Assembly (NCBI GenBank): GCA_963678315.1
Contig: OY782781.1
Coordinates: 2,720,001 to 2,784,000, forward strand
DNA length: 64,000 nucleotides
From: Candidatus Cloacimonadales bacterium
Lineage (GTDB): Bacteria; Cloacimonadota; Cloacimonadia; Cloacimonadales; JAFGVF01
Reading direction: 5' to 3'
The notes under the pieces are model-generated. The model worked only from the letters and a program-made list of their open reading frames with translations, had not been told where the DNA came from and did no database searches. This document shows positions 40,447 to 50,042 of this stretch, one piece after another (position 1 is the first letter of the stretch; each line of letters begins with the position of its first letter). A program made the translations under genes and the position numbers.

Positions 40447-41592
40447 ATGGATTACTTCTTAACTGAAGATCAATTGGAAATGAGAGATATTGCACGCAGA
40501 ATAGCTCAGGAAAAAATTAAGCCGCTCTCTGAAGAGTACGATGAAAAAGGGATTTTCCCTTGGGATATAGTAGAGATATTAGCACAAAGTGATATCTTTG
40601 CTGTGCTTGTTCCAGAAGAATATGACGGAATTAGCGGAAAAGTATTAGATTTAGCTATAGTAACAGAAGAGTTATCTAAAGTAGATACTGGTATTGCTTT
40701 AGCTTTTGGGGCAACAGGGTTAGGAATGTATCCACTGCTTATTTCTGGAAGTGAAGAACAAAAACAGAAATATTTACCACAAATAGCAAACGGTGAAAAA
40801 TTAGCAGCTTTTGCCTTAACTGAAGCTAATGCTGGTTCAGATGCTGGTGCTATTGAAACCACTGCTACATTAGATGGTGATCATTATGTACTTAATGGTA
40901 CTAAACAATGGATTACTAACGGTGGTGATGCAGATATCTACACTGTATTTGCTATGACTAATAAGTCAAAAGGCGCGAGAGGTTGTTCTTGCTTTGTAGT
41001 AGAGAAAGGTACACCTGGTTTTGAGTTCGGTAAGAAAGAAAACAAAATGGGTATCAGAGCTTCTTCAACTAGAGAGCTTATCTTTGACAATTGTAGAATA
41101 CCAAAAGAAAACCTAATCGGAAGAGAAGGTACAGGCTTTATCACAGCAATGAAGACTTTTGATAAATCAAGACCTATGGTTGGTTCTCAAGCTGTTGGTG
41201 TTGCAGCAGGTGCATTAGATATCGCTGCAAAATACTCTAAAGAAAGATACCAATTCGGAAAACCTATTTCAGCATTCCAAGGTGTTCAATTCATGCTTGC
41301 AGATATGGCAACACAAGTAGAAGCAGCTAGAGCATTAGTTTATCAAACTGCTAGAATGGTTGATGCTGGTTGTAAGAAATATAGTAAAGAAAGCGCTATG
41401 TGTAAATACTTTGCTTCTGATGTAGCAATGAAAGTTACAACTGATGCTGTTCAAATCCTTGGTGGATATGGTTACATGAAAGAATACCCAGTAGAAAAAA
41501 TGATGCGTGATGCTAAGATTCTTCAAATCTATGAAGGAACAAACCAAGTTCAAAGAACTATTGTTGCATCTAACTTATTAAAAGAATATTAA
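40447..41592 (+). CDS. Acyl-CoA dehydrogenase (short-chain/butyryl-CoA type)
   Basis: FALTEANAGSDA, NGTKQWITNG, KMGIRAS, R.QFGK, GGYGY, IYEGT. Confidence 0.96.
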   Translation: MDYFLTEDQLEMRDIARRIAQEKIKPLSEEYDEKGIFPWDIVEILAQSDIFAVLVPEEYDGISGKVLDLAIVTEELSKVDTGIALAFGATGLGMYPLLISGSEEQKQKYLPQIANGEKLAAFALTEANAGSDAGAIETTATLDGDHYVLNGTKQWITNGGDADIYTVFAMTNKSKGARGCSCFVVEKGTPGFEFGKKENKMGIRASSTRELIFDNCRIPKENLIGREGTGFITAMKTFDKSRPMVGSQAVGVAAGALDIAAKYSKERYQFGKPISAFQGVQFMLADMATQVEAARALVYQTARMVDAGCKKYSKESAMCKYFASDVAMKVTTDAVQILGGYGYMKEYPVEKMMRDAKILQIYEGTNQVQRTIVASNLLKEY

Positions 41593-41819
41593 ACTAAAAA
41601 CTTATACAAAGCAAACGGGATAGTCTAACTATTCCGTTCTGCTTTACAGAGATTTCTTAAATTCTTATTATTATAAAACTCAGACAATCTATGAGGTATT
41701 ATTTGGGTTAAAATCAATATATTGAAATAAGTAGTATGAATTTAAGAAATATCTTGACGATAATTCTATAAATTTAACAAAGTTATAAAAAATAAGAAAA
41801 TAAAATATTGGAGCTATAG

Positions 41820-44732
41820 ATGAAGAAAAAGACGATAATTATTGAATCAATAATCTTAGTTGTTTCAGCTGTTGTTTTGGCTTTATTCTTGGGTTTACCA
41901 CAAGTAATTGATCTTGACAAGAGGCAGAATAAGCAAAAGAACATTTCTCAGCTAACAGAGCTAACTATGAACACAAACAATTTCTTGGATAAGTACAAAT
42001 ATAGCATGACTGCTGATTTAGGAAGATTAAAAGAAAAAATGGAATATTCTCAGAAGCTATATGTACCTGGGGATAATGATTATAAGTATTTTGTGTACGG
42101 TGGTATTAAAAATAGTGATTTAAGATACTTAATCACTTATGACTTACTAGATATTTTGAATGCTTACCCATCACTTTCATCTAGTAATAAACTAAAATTC
42201 AATAATTCAATGAATGCTTACTTAATCACTGCTAAGAATAGATTAATGTATTCAGAAGATAGTGAAAAATATCAAGAATTTTTAAAAGCAATTGAGAATT
42301 TACAAGCAAACTTAGGTAATACTAAGTACTTCAGAAAAGCTCAATACTTATCTGATATTAAGAAGAGTTTAAGTAAAGAAAATGCTGCTCTTTATGATAA
42401 CAGAGTATCAATATTCTTACCATCATTGATTCAATCATTCTCTAATGAAGGTAAAAAGAATCTCCAAATTGGTATTGCATTTTATTTAGCTTATGTTAAT
42501 AGAATCAATTCAGGAACAGATATTAATGAAAGTTTTGTTGCTTTTTCAAATGACATTGATGAATTATCTAAATATTCAGCTTTAAAACAAGCTGCATCAA
42601 ACAATGTATTCCCAGAAGGAACTAGCAGCAAAGATATCACAACTATCTTTGATAATGAATTGTCTAATGTTGTATTAGCATCATGCAACTATCAAGATAG
42701 ATTGAACAAGGGTATCGTAGCAATCGGTACAAACGTAGCAGAAAACCCTAAAGATAAATTATCTTCTGAAACTGTACTATCCTACAATAATACTTCATTC
42801 CAAAAAGAAATTAATAACAAATTAGATCAGCTTATTGAACAATATCAAGGTGATTCAGACGGACTTGAAAATGCTATTGCTGCTATGGTAAATGACTACA
42901 AGATGAATGATATTAACAATCAAGTTGTCGATATTACTGAATCAATTTTTAATTACATGCAATATCAAGATTTTACTTATAAATCAATCTATAACAGTCA
43001 AAAAAGTTCTGTTGGAGCTAAGTTCAGTGAAAAGTATGTTGATATCTTCCATAAATACTTAATGAAGTATGACAAGCAATTAATCATTGAAAATCTTGCT
43101 AAAGAAATGGAATCTAAAAAACAAGATGCTCTTAAGAATTACAAATCTAGACTTAAAAACACTGAGTTGCTTCCTGTATTAAGAACACAAATGATGAATA
43201 CTCCTGATTTCTTAAACAAGTATTATTCTTCAAAGAAGTTTAAAACTTTAGTTGCAGACAACGAGAAAGATTTCATCAAAAATATTGAGAGAGAATTTGT
43301 TAATACTAAGAAAAAAGATTTAACTATTGAAAACATTAAAGCTAATGCTGATAACGATAAAATCATCTTTGATGATGATTATCTAAAGCAGTTAAAAGCA
43401 AACAAGACTTTATGGAATAATCAATATGATTATATTGTTTATCATGTAACTAAAGATAACCCTAAAGCTTCTATAAAAGGTATTGCAGCTGAAGTTATTG
43501 CTGATTCAACTAATATAATCAAAAACAACTCTAAATTAGTTAGTAGCTTACAAGATAAGATTGCAAAATCTAAAGAAGATTATGTTAAAAAAGATTATTC
43601 AAATTATAATGCTCTCTTATACTATAGTGATTATTGCACAAACCTAATTGCTAAGAATATTGAAATTACTAACAAGGCTGGTTATGATGGTTTTATTGAA
43701 GCTACTACAAAAACAGCTGACAATATTATTACTAACGATGAATATCCAGAGTTTACTGATGACTTCTTATCTCAAGTTAAAACTGCTATGAATGAAGTAA
43801 CCAAGAATTACATTATTGATGAAGGAAACATTCCAGCTGAATTATCTGCACAGTTAGACCAATTAAGTGCTCAATTAACTAACTATGATGCTTACTTGAA
43901 ATACGTGCAAGCTAAGAAAGTTAGTAGCAAGAAAAGATTCTCTAAAAATGAACTAGCTTTATATTCAGCAAGCGGCATTGATAAAAACAGTTTAGTATCT
44001 TACTATAACGGTAATATTCGTTACATTAAAGGTAAACTTGATAAAAAAGACATCTTTAGAAAGTTCTATAATACTCAAAAAAGCCTATTATTATCTAAAT
44101 ATAACGATGCGAAAAGATCTGCTACTGAAGAAGACTTTAATAAACTAGAAACTCAAATCAGTGCTTTTGTTAAGGCTAATAATCAAGATGATAGAGCAAA
44201 CTTCACTAACATCGTATCTCAAATGCTTAAAAATTATAATGAGTATATCAATAATGATTATAAATTCAATAATGCATTCAACTTTGATGGTCTTATTTCA
44301 GATTTAACAAGAGTTGAGAATAATATTAAGTTCTACCGTTCACTTGTTGAATTCCCTTATTATGACAAGGATGAATATTATCTTTTATATGGAAGATTCA
44401 TTGAACCTGAGCATGATAAAAAAGCTAAAACTTATGAAAAGATTGGAGTTAGTGCTGTAGTTTACACTGATATTCATAACTTTCCACAAGCTCATAAAGT
44501 TGTAGTAAGAGACCTTGGAAATACTAATGTAGATGTTCAATCATTACAATCTGCTTTAGAAGCTAAAATTAACTCATTAATCCAACAAAACAGATCTGAT
44601 TCATACGTTCATTATACAGATCCAGATTACAAGTTAACAAAGCAAGAAGCACAGGCTAAGAAAGACATTAGAGAAAAACTAACTACTGAGTTAAACAAAA
44701 TAGTAGATGACTTTGTTAAAGAAAATTACTAA
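41820..44732 (+). CDS. 970-aa membrane-anchored hypothetical protein
   Basis: Long ORF, SD GGAG, single N-terminal TM, K/N/D/Y-rich remainder; no recognised motif. Confidence 0.85.
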   Translation: MKKKTIIIESIILVVSAVVLALFLGLPQVIDLDKRQNKQKNISQLTELTMNTNNFLDKYKYSMTADLGRLKEKMEYSQKLYVPGDNDYKYFVYGGIKNSDLRYLITYDLLDILNAYPSLSSSNKLKFNNSMNAYLITAKNRLMYSEDSEKYQEFLKAIENLQANLGNTKYFRKAQYLSDIKKSLSKENAALYDNRVSIFLPSLIQSFSNEGKKNLQIGIAFYLAYVNRINSGTDINESFVAFSNDIDELSKYSALKQAASNNVFPEGTSSKDITTIFDNELSNVVLASCNYQDRLNKGIVAIGTNVAENPKDKLSSETVLSYNNTSFQKEINNKLDQLIEQYQGDSDGLENAIAAMVNDYKMNDINNQVVDITESIFNYMQYQDFTYKSIYNSQKSSVGAKFSEKYVDIFHKYLMKYDKQLIIENLAKEMESKKQDALKNYKSRLKNTELLPVLRTQMMNTPDFLNKYYSSKKFKTLVADNEKDFIKNIEREFVNTKKKDLTIENIKANADNDKIIFDDDYLKQLKANKTLWNNQYDYIVYHVTKDNPKASIKGIAAEVIADSTNIIKNNSKLVSSLQDKIAKSKEDYVKKDYSNYNALLYYSDYCTNLIAKNIEITNKAGYDGFIEATTKTADNIITNDEYPEFTDDFLSQVKTAMNEVTKNYIIDEGNIPAELSAQLDQLSAQLTNYDAYLKYVQAKKVSSKKRFSKNELALYSASGIDKNSLVSYYNGNIRYIKGKLDKKDIFRKFYNTQKSLLLSKYNDAKRSATEEDFNKLETQISAFVKANNQDDRANFTNIVSQMLKNYNEYINNDYKFNNAFNFDGLISDLTRVENNIKFYRSLVEFPYYDKDEYYLLYGRFIEPEHDKKAKTYEKIGVSAVVYTDIHNFPQAHKVVVRDLGNTNVDVQSLQSALEAKINSLIQQNRSDSYVHYTDPDYKLTKQEAQAKKDIREKLTTELNKIVDDFVKENY

Positions 44733-44804
44733 AGAATAAATATATCTTAAAAAATTAGATGAGCTACTGTATGGTATCTCATCTTTTTTGTTATGGGAGA
44801 ACAA

Positions 44805-46079
44805 ATGGAATATAAAGAATTTCTAGATAAACTATATCAAAGATACTCTGGTAATGTAAAGTTAGGGTTAAATCGTATGTTTGAAATCTTAAAAGAGATG
44901 GATAACCCTCATGAGAAAATGAAAGGTTTTCATATTGCAGGAACTAATGGCAAGGGTTCTACATCAGCAATGCTGGAAGCATTATCCTTAGCTTATAATC
45001 TTTCAACTGGTTTGAACACATCTCCCCACTTAGTTAATTATACTGAAAGATTTCGAGTAAGTGGTAAGCAGTCAAGCTTTGAAGATGTTTATAACTATTA
45101 CAAAGAATGGGAGTCTGTCTTCAATAAAACAGATGCATCTTTTTTCGAGATTACCACAGCAATTGCTTTTAAAATGTTTTTGCAGAATAAGGTAGATGTA
45201 GCTATTTTTGAAGTAGGTTTAGGTGGAAGACTAGATGGAACTAATCCTTTTAAATCAACTGTTACAGCCATTACTTCTATCTCAATCGACCATAAAAAGT
45301 CTCTTGGAGATAGTTTTGAAAAGATTGCTTATGAAAAAGCAGGTATTATAAAAGAAAATGTGCCAGTAGTACTAGGTAAAATCCAAGCAAGTCCATTAAA
45401 AGTTATCACTGATATAGCGAATGAACGCTATGCCCCAGTGTATAAATATGGAGAAGATTACACAGTTTCAAATATCAGAATGGATGAAAATGGTACAACT
45501 TTTGACTATGAGCTTCCTTCTGAGAATATTTATCTAAAAGATATTTCTGTTAACTTACTTGGTGAACACCAAGCTCTGAATGCTTCGGTAGCTCTCACTT
45601 GCTTTATTCTTTACTTAAGATTACAAAAGATAGAATTTGACGAAGTTACGATTCGAAAAGGTCTTTCATCAGTTTCTTGGTCAGGTAGAATGCAGATTAT
45701 AAATAAAAAGCCTCTAGCAATACTTGATGGTGCACATAATGATGCAGGTATGAACTTCTTGATAAACAATACTAAGAGTATTTTCCCGGATAAGAGAAGA
45801 GTTTTCGTTCTAGGTATATTAAGAGATAAACCTTTTGCAGAGATGCTTAAAATGGCTTCAGAAATTGCTTCTAAACTATATTTATGTCAAAGCACCTCCC
45901 AACGTGCTGCCGATGTTGAAGACTTAAGACTGGTAGCTGATAAATTAGCCATAGATTATGAGGTTATCCCAGATGTAAATGAAGCTTACCAAAAAGCAAT
46001 CAAAGACTGTGATGAAGATGACTTGATTATAGTTGGAGGTTCTTTATATACTATCTCTGAAGTTCTAGCTCATCAATAA
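44805..46079 (+). CDS. folC: Folylpolyglutamate/dihydrofolate synthase
   Basis: HIAGTNGKGS, TSPHL..Y.ER, FFE.TT, EVGLGGRLD.TN, DGAHN, GGSLY. Confidence 0.96.
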   Translation: MEYKEFLDKLYQRYSGNVKLGLNRMFEILKEMDNPHEKMKGFHIAGTNGKGSTSAMLEALSLAYNLSTGLNTSPHLVNYTERFRVSGKQSSFEDVYNYYKEWESVFNKTDASFFEITTAIAFKMFLQNKVDVAIFEVGLGGRLDGTNPFKSTVTAITSISIDHKKSLGDSFEKIAYEKAGIIKENVPVVLGKIQASPLKVITDIANERYAPVYKYGEDYTVSNIRMDENGTTFDYELPSENIYLKDISVNLLGEHQALNASVALTCFILYLRLQKIEFDEVTIRKGLSSVSWSGRMQIINKKPLAILDGAHNDAGMNFLINNTKSIFPDKRRVFVLGILRDKPFAEMLKMASEIASKLYLCQSTSQRAADVEDLRLVADKLAIDYEVIPDVNEAYQKAIKDCDEDDLIIVGGSLYTISEVLAHQ

Positions 46080-46158
46080 GAAATTGACATAATTTTGGTG
46101 ATTATATTGAGCAATTTGCTTATATGTGTAATCATAATTTTAACTCACTAAGGTGACC

Positions 46159-46207
46159 CTTACTGACCTCCTTGAAAAAAAGCCGATTTTTCAAGGAGGC
46201 AAGTAAG
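46159..46207. repeat. 49-nt REP-like palindrome
   Basis: CTTACTGACCTCCTTGAAAAAAAGCCGATTTTTCAAGGAGGCAAGTAAG. Confidence 0.85.
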
Positions 46208-46370
46208 GATGAAGTAATAATCTTGTGTCTCTGAAAAGATTTTTCAAATCTCTTCAAGGCTAAGAGTTCATTTTGATAAATAAAAAACAAGTTTTATATC
46301 TAACGAATAATTGGAATACAAACAAAAAGAGAGTATTGAATAATCAAAACTCTCTTTTTATATAATTTAT

Positions 46371-46531
46371 CCCAGATGATGCATTAGGATTGACGAAAAT
46401 AGTGCAGATTCTTTCAGCAAAATAGCTTACAGAATCGAAGCTTGAATAATATTTATTCTAGTTGAGATTATGGAAGTTATTCTTGCCAAATAATATCGTG
46501 CTATTTTTCAAGTCCTAGTGCATTATTTGGG
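46371..46531 (+). repeat. Long rod-like imperfect hairpin, copy A (candidate structured ncRNA or MITE-like element)
   Basis: CCCAGATGATGCATTAGG pairs with CCTAGTGCATTATTTGGG (G-T wobbles on the + strand); 77-nt core 46412-46488 is 71/77 identical to 59465-59541. Confidence 0.75.
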
Positions 46532-46544
46532 TTTATAGAAACTA

Positions 46545-47444
46545 CTAGTATTTAACTACTTCATATTTTCCTGAGTCAAGCAATCTTCTAATAATACCAG
46601 TATCATTAACATAGTGTCCAGCACCTACAATAACAAAAGCTGTTTTGTTTTGAGCTAGCATATCTTCAATTTTAGCAGTCATTTTAGTATCTCTATCACC
46701 AAATAAACTCTTGATATAAGCTTCTTCTTCTTTAGTTTCAAAGTTTGTGAAGTAAGCTTTCATAGCTTGAGCATCACCTCTTTGCCAAATATCAGCTAGA
46801 GAGTTTAATTGTTCTTTGTAATTTTCTGCTTCCACTAGTGATTTTCTTAAAAGTCCTTCAGAGCTTGACTCATCTGAGCTAAATAATAATTCAATTTGAC
46901 CTTCAATACCTTCAAGCTCTACAATCTCTTTATTCATCTCATTAGCTCTATTTAAAAAGTGCACATCAATACCGTATTCAGCATTTAAACCTGCTTTCAT
47001 TGATTCATTTTGAACAATTGAGATATTGATTAGACCAGGCTTCATCATGTTAATTTGTTGCATAGGTGCATTCAATGCGGTGAAATATTCAACTAACAGT
47101 TCATAAGTTTCTGGAGAAATATGATCTTTGATTGTTGTACCATCCATATAGATACCTTTAGACGCGATCATTTGTTGAATCATCATTTGATCAACATTCA
47201 ACATATCTACTTCTACAGCTAACAAATCGGATTGAGTAAAAGCATCTTCTACCACTTTATCCATTGGGAAAAATTCTTTCTTACCAAAATGCATTGAGCC
47301 TAATAAATAAACTGAACTATCTTCATCTGAAACCTTCCAGAACATCATTTCACCACTATCAAGTGGATCTGAGGATGAGAACATTGAACAACTAGATAAT
47401 ACTACTAATACAAGTGCAAAAAGCACAAATTTTCTTAACTTCAT
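46545..47444 (-). CDS. TraB/GumN-family lipoprotein
   Basis: Lipobox LSSC, YLLGSMH, GID..F, LE....Q, R...M, VGAGH. Confidence 0.9.
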   Translation of the reverse strand: MKLRKFVLFALVLVVLSSCSMFSSSDPLDSGEMMFWKVSDEDSSVYLLGSMHFGKKEFFPMDKVVEDAFTQSDLLAVEVDMLNVDQMMIQQMIASKGIYMDGTTIKDHISPETYELLVEYFTALNAPMQQINMMKPGLINISIVQNESMKAGLNAEYGIDVHFLNRANEMNKEIVELEGIEGQIELLFSSDESSSEGLLRKSLVEAENYKEQLNSLADIWQRGDAQAMKAYFTNFETKEEEAYIKSLFGDRDTKMTAKIEDMLAQNKTAFVIVGAGHYVNDTGIIRRLLDSGKYEVVKY

Positions 47445-47504
47445 AACATACTCCATATATTTTTTGTTAATATCTTTTCAAATGACAAATAAGTCAAGCA
47501 CAAA

Positions 47505-49496
47505 CTATTTTACTATAAGTACTTTTGTTACTTCACTGCTTCCTTTTCCACTTACTTTTATGATATAAACACCTTCAGCAACTTTTAAATCAACATCAAA
47601 AGTTACTTCTTTTGAATTAGCATAATAATCTTTTCTTTTCACTAATTGTCCTCGTAAATTGTATAGTTCAACGGTTTCAACATTATGTTCAGATTTAATT
47701 GCTAGTTTATTATCTACAAGTGGATTTGGATATATTCTTAGATTACAAGCTTCTACATCGTTACTAGCATTTTCTGTTGCATAAGAAGACAAACTGATTC
47801 TGTCAATCATGATCATAGATGCTTGATTACTACAATTCTTAAGCCAAAAGTTAGTAATCATATCATCACCAGAAACACTGTATTCAAAGTTTAGGAGGCT
47901 ATAGTCAGGCGTAATTTCTATATAAGGCATTTCATAGGCTTCTACAGATTGAGAAGAATCATTATTTAAATAGATTCCTGTTTTTATTCTGTCATAACCC
48001 CATTCAGAAGATAAGCTTCTTAGCCAGACCATTACATTTAGCTGCTGAGTTCGAAAATCTGGCGAAATAAGTAAATCCTCGGTAAAACCATTGTTTGCTG
48101 AGACACTGACCAGAGACTTGTCTTGAATATTGTTTATATTTAAAGTAGAATCTAGAGAGTTAAAATCAATAATGAAAAAACCACTATGACTACCTTCATT
48201 CTCAAAATCAAACCATGGAAAGGTCACAGTATTTGCTTGGTCAAGATCATAAGACTGCCAAACTCCTAGATTATCTTCACCATTTTGATAAGATTGGAAA
48301 TCATCATTTATAATGAACTCAGCCCCTTGAAGTGGTGATATCTCAATTGAATTTGATTGGCAAGTGTAAGCAATAAAGTCTTTTGTAACATATATGTTAT
48401 CAAGGTTATCAAATTCATTTAAGTTGAGAGTATAGCTTGTTGCATTGCATGAAATACTTTCGCTTCCACAGTTGACCATATAGACACATTCATCTTCAGT
48501 AACAAAACTTGGAAACCAAGTCATTGAAATAGAATCATTACCAATATTAGTTGTAATCAAATCTATATGAGGAAGATCTCCTGCAAAGCTTAGAGAATAT
48601 TCTTCACTTGGGTATTCTAAACCATTCAATGCATTTATAAACTTAATTGTATAGTCTTTGCTAGGACACCACATTTCAGGTAAAACTATTCTATACTGGT
48701 TGTTAGAGATGCTTTCTAATTCTAAATCTTCAATTACATCAGATATAGATTCAGTTTGGTACTCCATTCTAATGGACCCTATTTCATTTGCTTGCACAAC
48801 AATATCAACTGCAATATCAAGGTTGTCTAAATTATTAGTTGGACTTACTAGTAAAGGACAATTTACAGAGGGCTCAAATTCAAACTTGGTATTAGGAAGG
48901 TAGTTTCTTAAGAATTGACCATTAACAAGGTTGTTAACATCTATTAAGGAATCAAATTGGCAGTATGCTAAAGATGTATTGGCTTGTGTTTCAAAACATA
49001 GGAAGTTATCACTAGTGGAAGCGTAATCTTCTCGGTTCTCAACAAAGACTACTGCTAAATTATTATTTTCTGTATATTCAAAGTCAGTTTGGAAATCTAT
49101 ATTTAACCACCCTTCCCCAACTTCTGTAGAAAAATTGTTAGCTGTTAACTCTCCTTCGAATACTAACTCTAATGATGAAGTATCAATCCAATCATCATTT
49201 GTAGCAAACTCCAGTCCATCAGTATAGCCCATATAGATAGAAACATCATTTATGTAACTTGCAGGATTAGGACTCTCTATTGAATATTGATAACTAATGG
49301 AATTAATGCTTCCTAAGGAATTAAAGTAATCACGACTATATATAGTCTCACTCATTGAATAATTATAGTGTGGATCAGAAGGTAAATGTTGATTGTCTAT
49401 GGTTCCCCCACCGACCTCGATTGAATAAGCATATATTTTATTTACACTACAAATAGCAAAGAATACAAATAATACTACAGCACCAAAGCGTTTCAT
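47505..49496 (-). CDS. Secreted protein with T9SS type-A-like C-terminal domain
   Basis: Signal peptide; cleaved-adhesin-like segment (W...D.D...F..EG..DLLISP); C-terminal IYPNP...LYNLRGQLV...GVYIIKV...KVLIVK. Confidence 0.8.
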   Translation of the reverse strand: MKRFGAVVLFVFFAICSVNKIYAYSIEVGGGTIDNQHLPSDPHYNYSMSETIYSRDYFNSLGSINSISYQYSIESPNPASYINDVSIYMGYTDGLEFATNDDWIDTSSLELVFEGELTANNFSTEVGEGWLNIDFQTDFEYTENNNLAVVFVENREDYASTSDNFLCFETQANTSLAYCQFDSLIDVNNLVNGQFLRNYLPNTKFEFEPSVNCPLLVSPTNNLDNLDIAVDIVVQANEIGSIRMEYQTESISDVIEDLELESISNNQYRIVLPEMWCPSKDYTIKFINALNGLEYPSEEYSLSFAGDLPHIDLITTNIGNDSISMTWFPSFVTEDECVYMVNCGSESISCNATSYTLNLNEFDNLDNIYVTKDFIAYTCQSNSIEISPLQGAEFIINDDFQSYQNGEDNLGVWQSYDLDQANTVTFPWFDFENEGSHSGFFIIDFNSLDSTLNINNIQDKSLVSVSANNGFTEDLLISPDFRTQQLNVMVWLRSLSSEWGYDRIKTGIYLNNDSSQSVEAYEMPYIEITPDYSLLNFEYSVSGDDMITNFWLKNCSNQASMIMIDRISLSSYATENASNDVEACNLRIYPNPLVDNKLAIKSEHNVETVELYNLRGQLVKRKDYYANSKEVTFDVDLKVAEGVYIIKVSGKGSSEVTKVLIVK

Positions 49497-49600
49497 ATTT
49501 CCTCCAAATATAAGTCTAGTAAACCATTAAATATATTTACAATTATTTATCTACAGTTGTCAAGAGCTTTTTGAGAAATGTGGAAATATTTAGTACAATT

Positions 49601-49627
49601 AAAAAAGGCTACTCATTTGAGTAGCCT
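49601..49627 (-). terminator. Duplicated tRNA-Asn terminator
   Basis: AGGCTACTCA/TGAGTAGCCT stem with a U-tract on the minus strand. Confidence 0.75.
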
Positions 49628-49633
49628 AATCTA

Positions 49634-49716
49634 TGGCTCCGACAGAGGGATCCGGCAGTTGCCGGACAAGTTCCGAACCCCCGTCCGTCCGGCAGCTGCC
49701 GGATAACAGCCACCCG
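49634..49716 (-). pseudogene. 3'-part copy of tRNA-Asn disrupted by two 16-nt palindromes
   Basis: Matches the tRNA 3' portion including CCA; palindromes at 49651-49666 and 49688-49703. Confidence 0.9.
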
Positions 49717-49765
49717 GTTGACATCACATGTTATTTATTATATTTCTAATAAGATCTCTGCAACG

Positions 49766-49793
49766 AAAAAAAGGCTACTCAGTTGAGTAGCCT
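49766..49793 (-). terminator. tRNA-Asn intrinsic terminator
   Basis: AGGCTACTCA-GT-TGAGTAGCCT with T7 on the minus strand. Confidence 0.85.
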
Positions 49794-49799
49794 AATCTA

Positions 49800-49874
49800 T
49801 GGCTCCGACAGAGGGATTTGAACCCCCGACCTAGTGGTTAACAGCCACCCGCTCTACCGCTGAGCCATGTCGGA
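49800..49874 (-). tRNA. tRNA-Asn (GTT)
   Basis: TCCGACATGGCTCAGCGGTAGAGCGGGTGGCTGTTAACCACTAGGTCGGGGGTTCAAATCCCTCTGTCGGAGCCA; full cloverleaf with encoded CCA. Confidence 0.97.
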
Positions 49875-49912
49875 ATAATTAATAAAGATTTGATTGACAC
49901 TTTTCATTGGTC

Positions 49913-49979
49913 GGGATTAAACCCCCGTCCGGCAACTGCCGGATAACAGCCACCCGCTCTACCGCTGAGCCATGTCGGA
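49913..49979 (-). pseudogene. 5'-part copy of tRNA-Asn disrupted by a 16-nt palindrome
   Basis: Identical to the tRNA from its 5' end through A37, then TCCGGCAGTTGCCGGA (49928-49943) replaces 10 nt; degenerate T arm; no acceptor 3' strand. Confidence 0.9.
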
Positions 49980-50003
49980 ATGATTATCAATCATGTTTAA
50001 TCA

Positions 50004-50032
50004 AAATATAATATTAGTGTTTCTGTGTCAAT
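50004..50032 (-). promoter_or_regulatory. Putative promoter of the tRNA-Asn locus
   Basis: Minus strand TTGACA (50032-50027), 17 nt, TATTTT. Confidence 0.5.
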
Positions 50033-50042
50033 AATAAATTTA

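Noticed and set aside
46371..46531. 6S RNA
   Set aside because: The size and rod shape fit loosely, but there is no large central bubble or recognisable 6S motif and a second, divergent copy exists; a cmscan is needed to exclude it formally.
49601..49800. attL/attR of an integrated prophage or island
   Set aside because: Only about 50 nt of unique sequence lie between the copies and there is no integrase; at most this is a remnant.
49913..49979. Intron-containing or split/permuted functional tRNA
   Set aside because: The palindrome replaces 10 nt rather than being added, so removing it would not restore the anticodon stem; the acceptor 3' strand is also missing.
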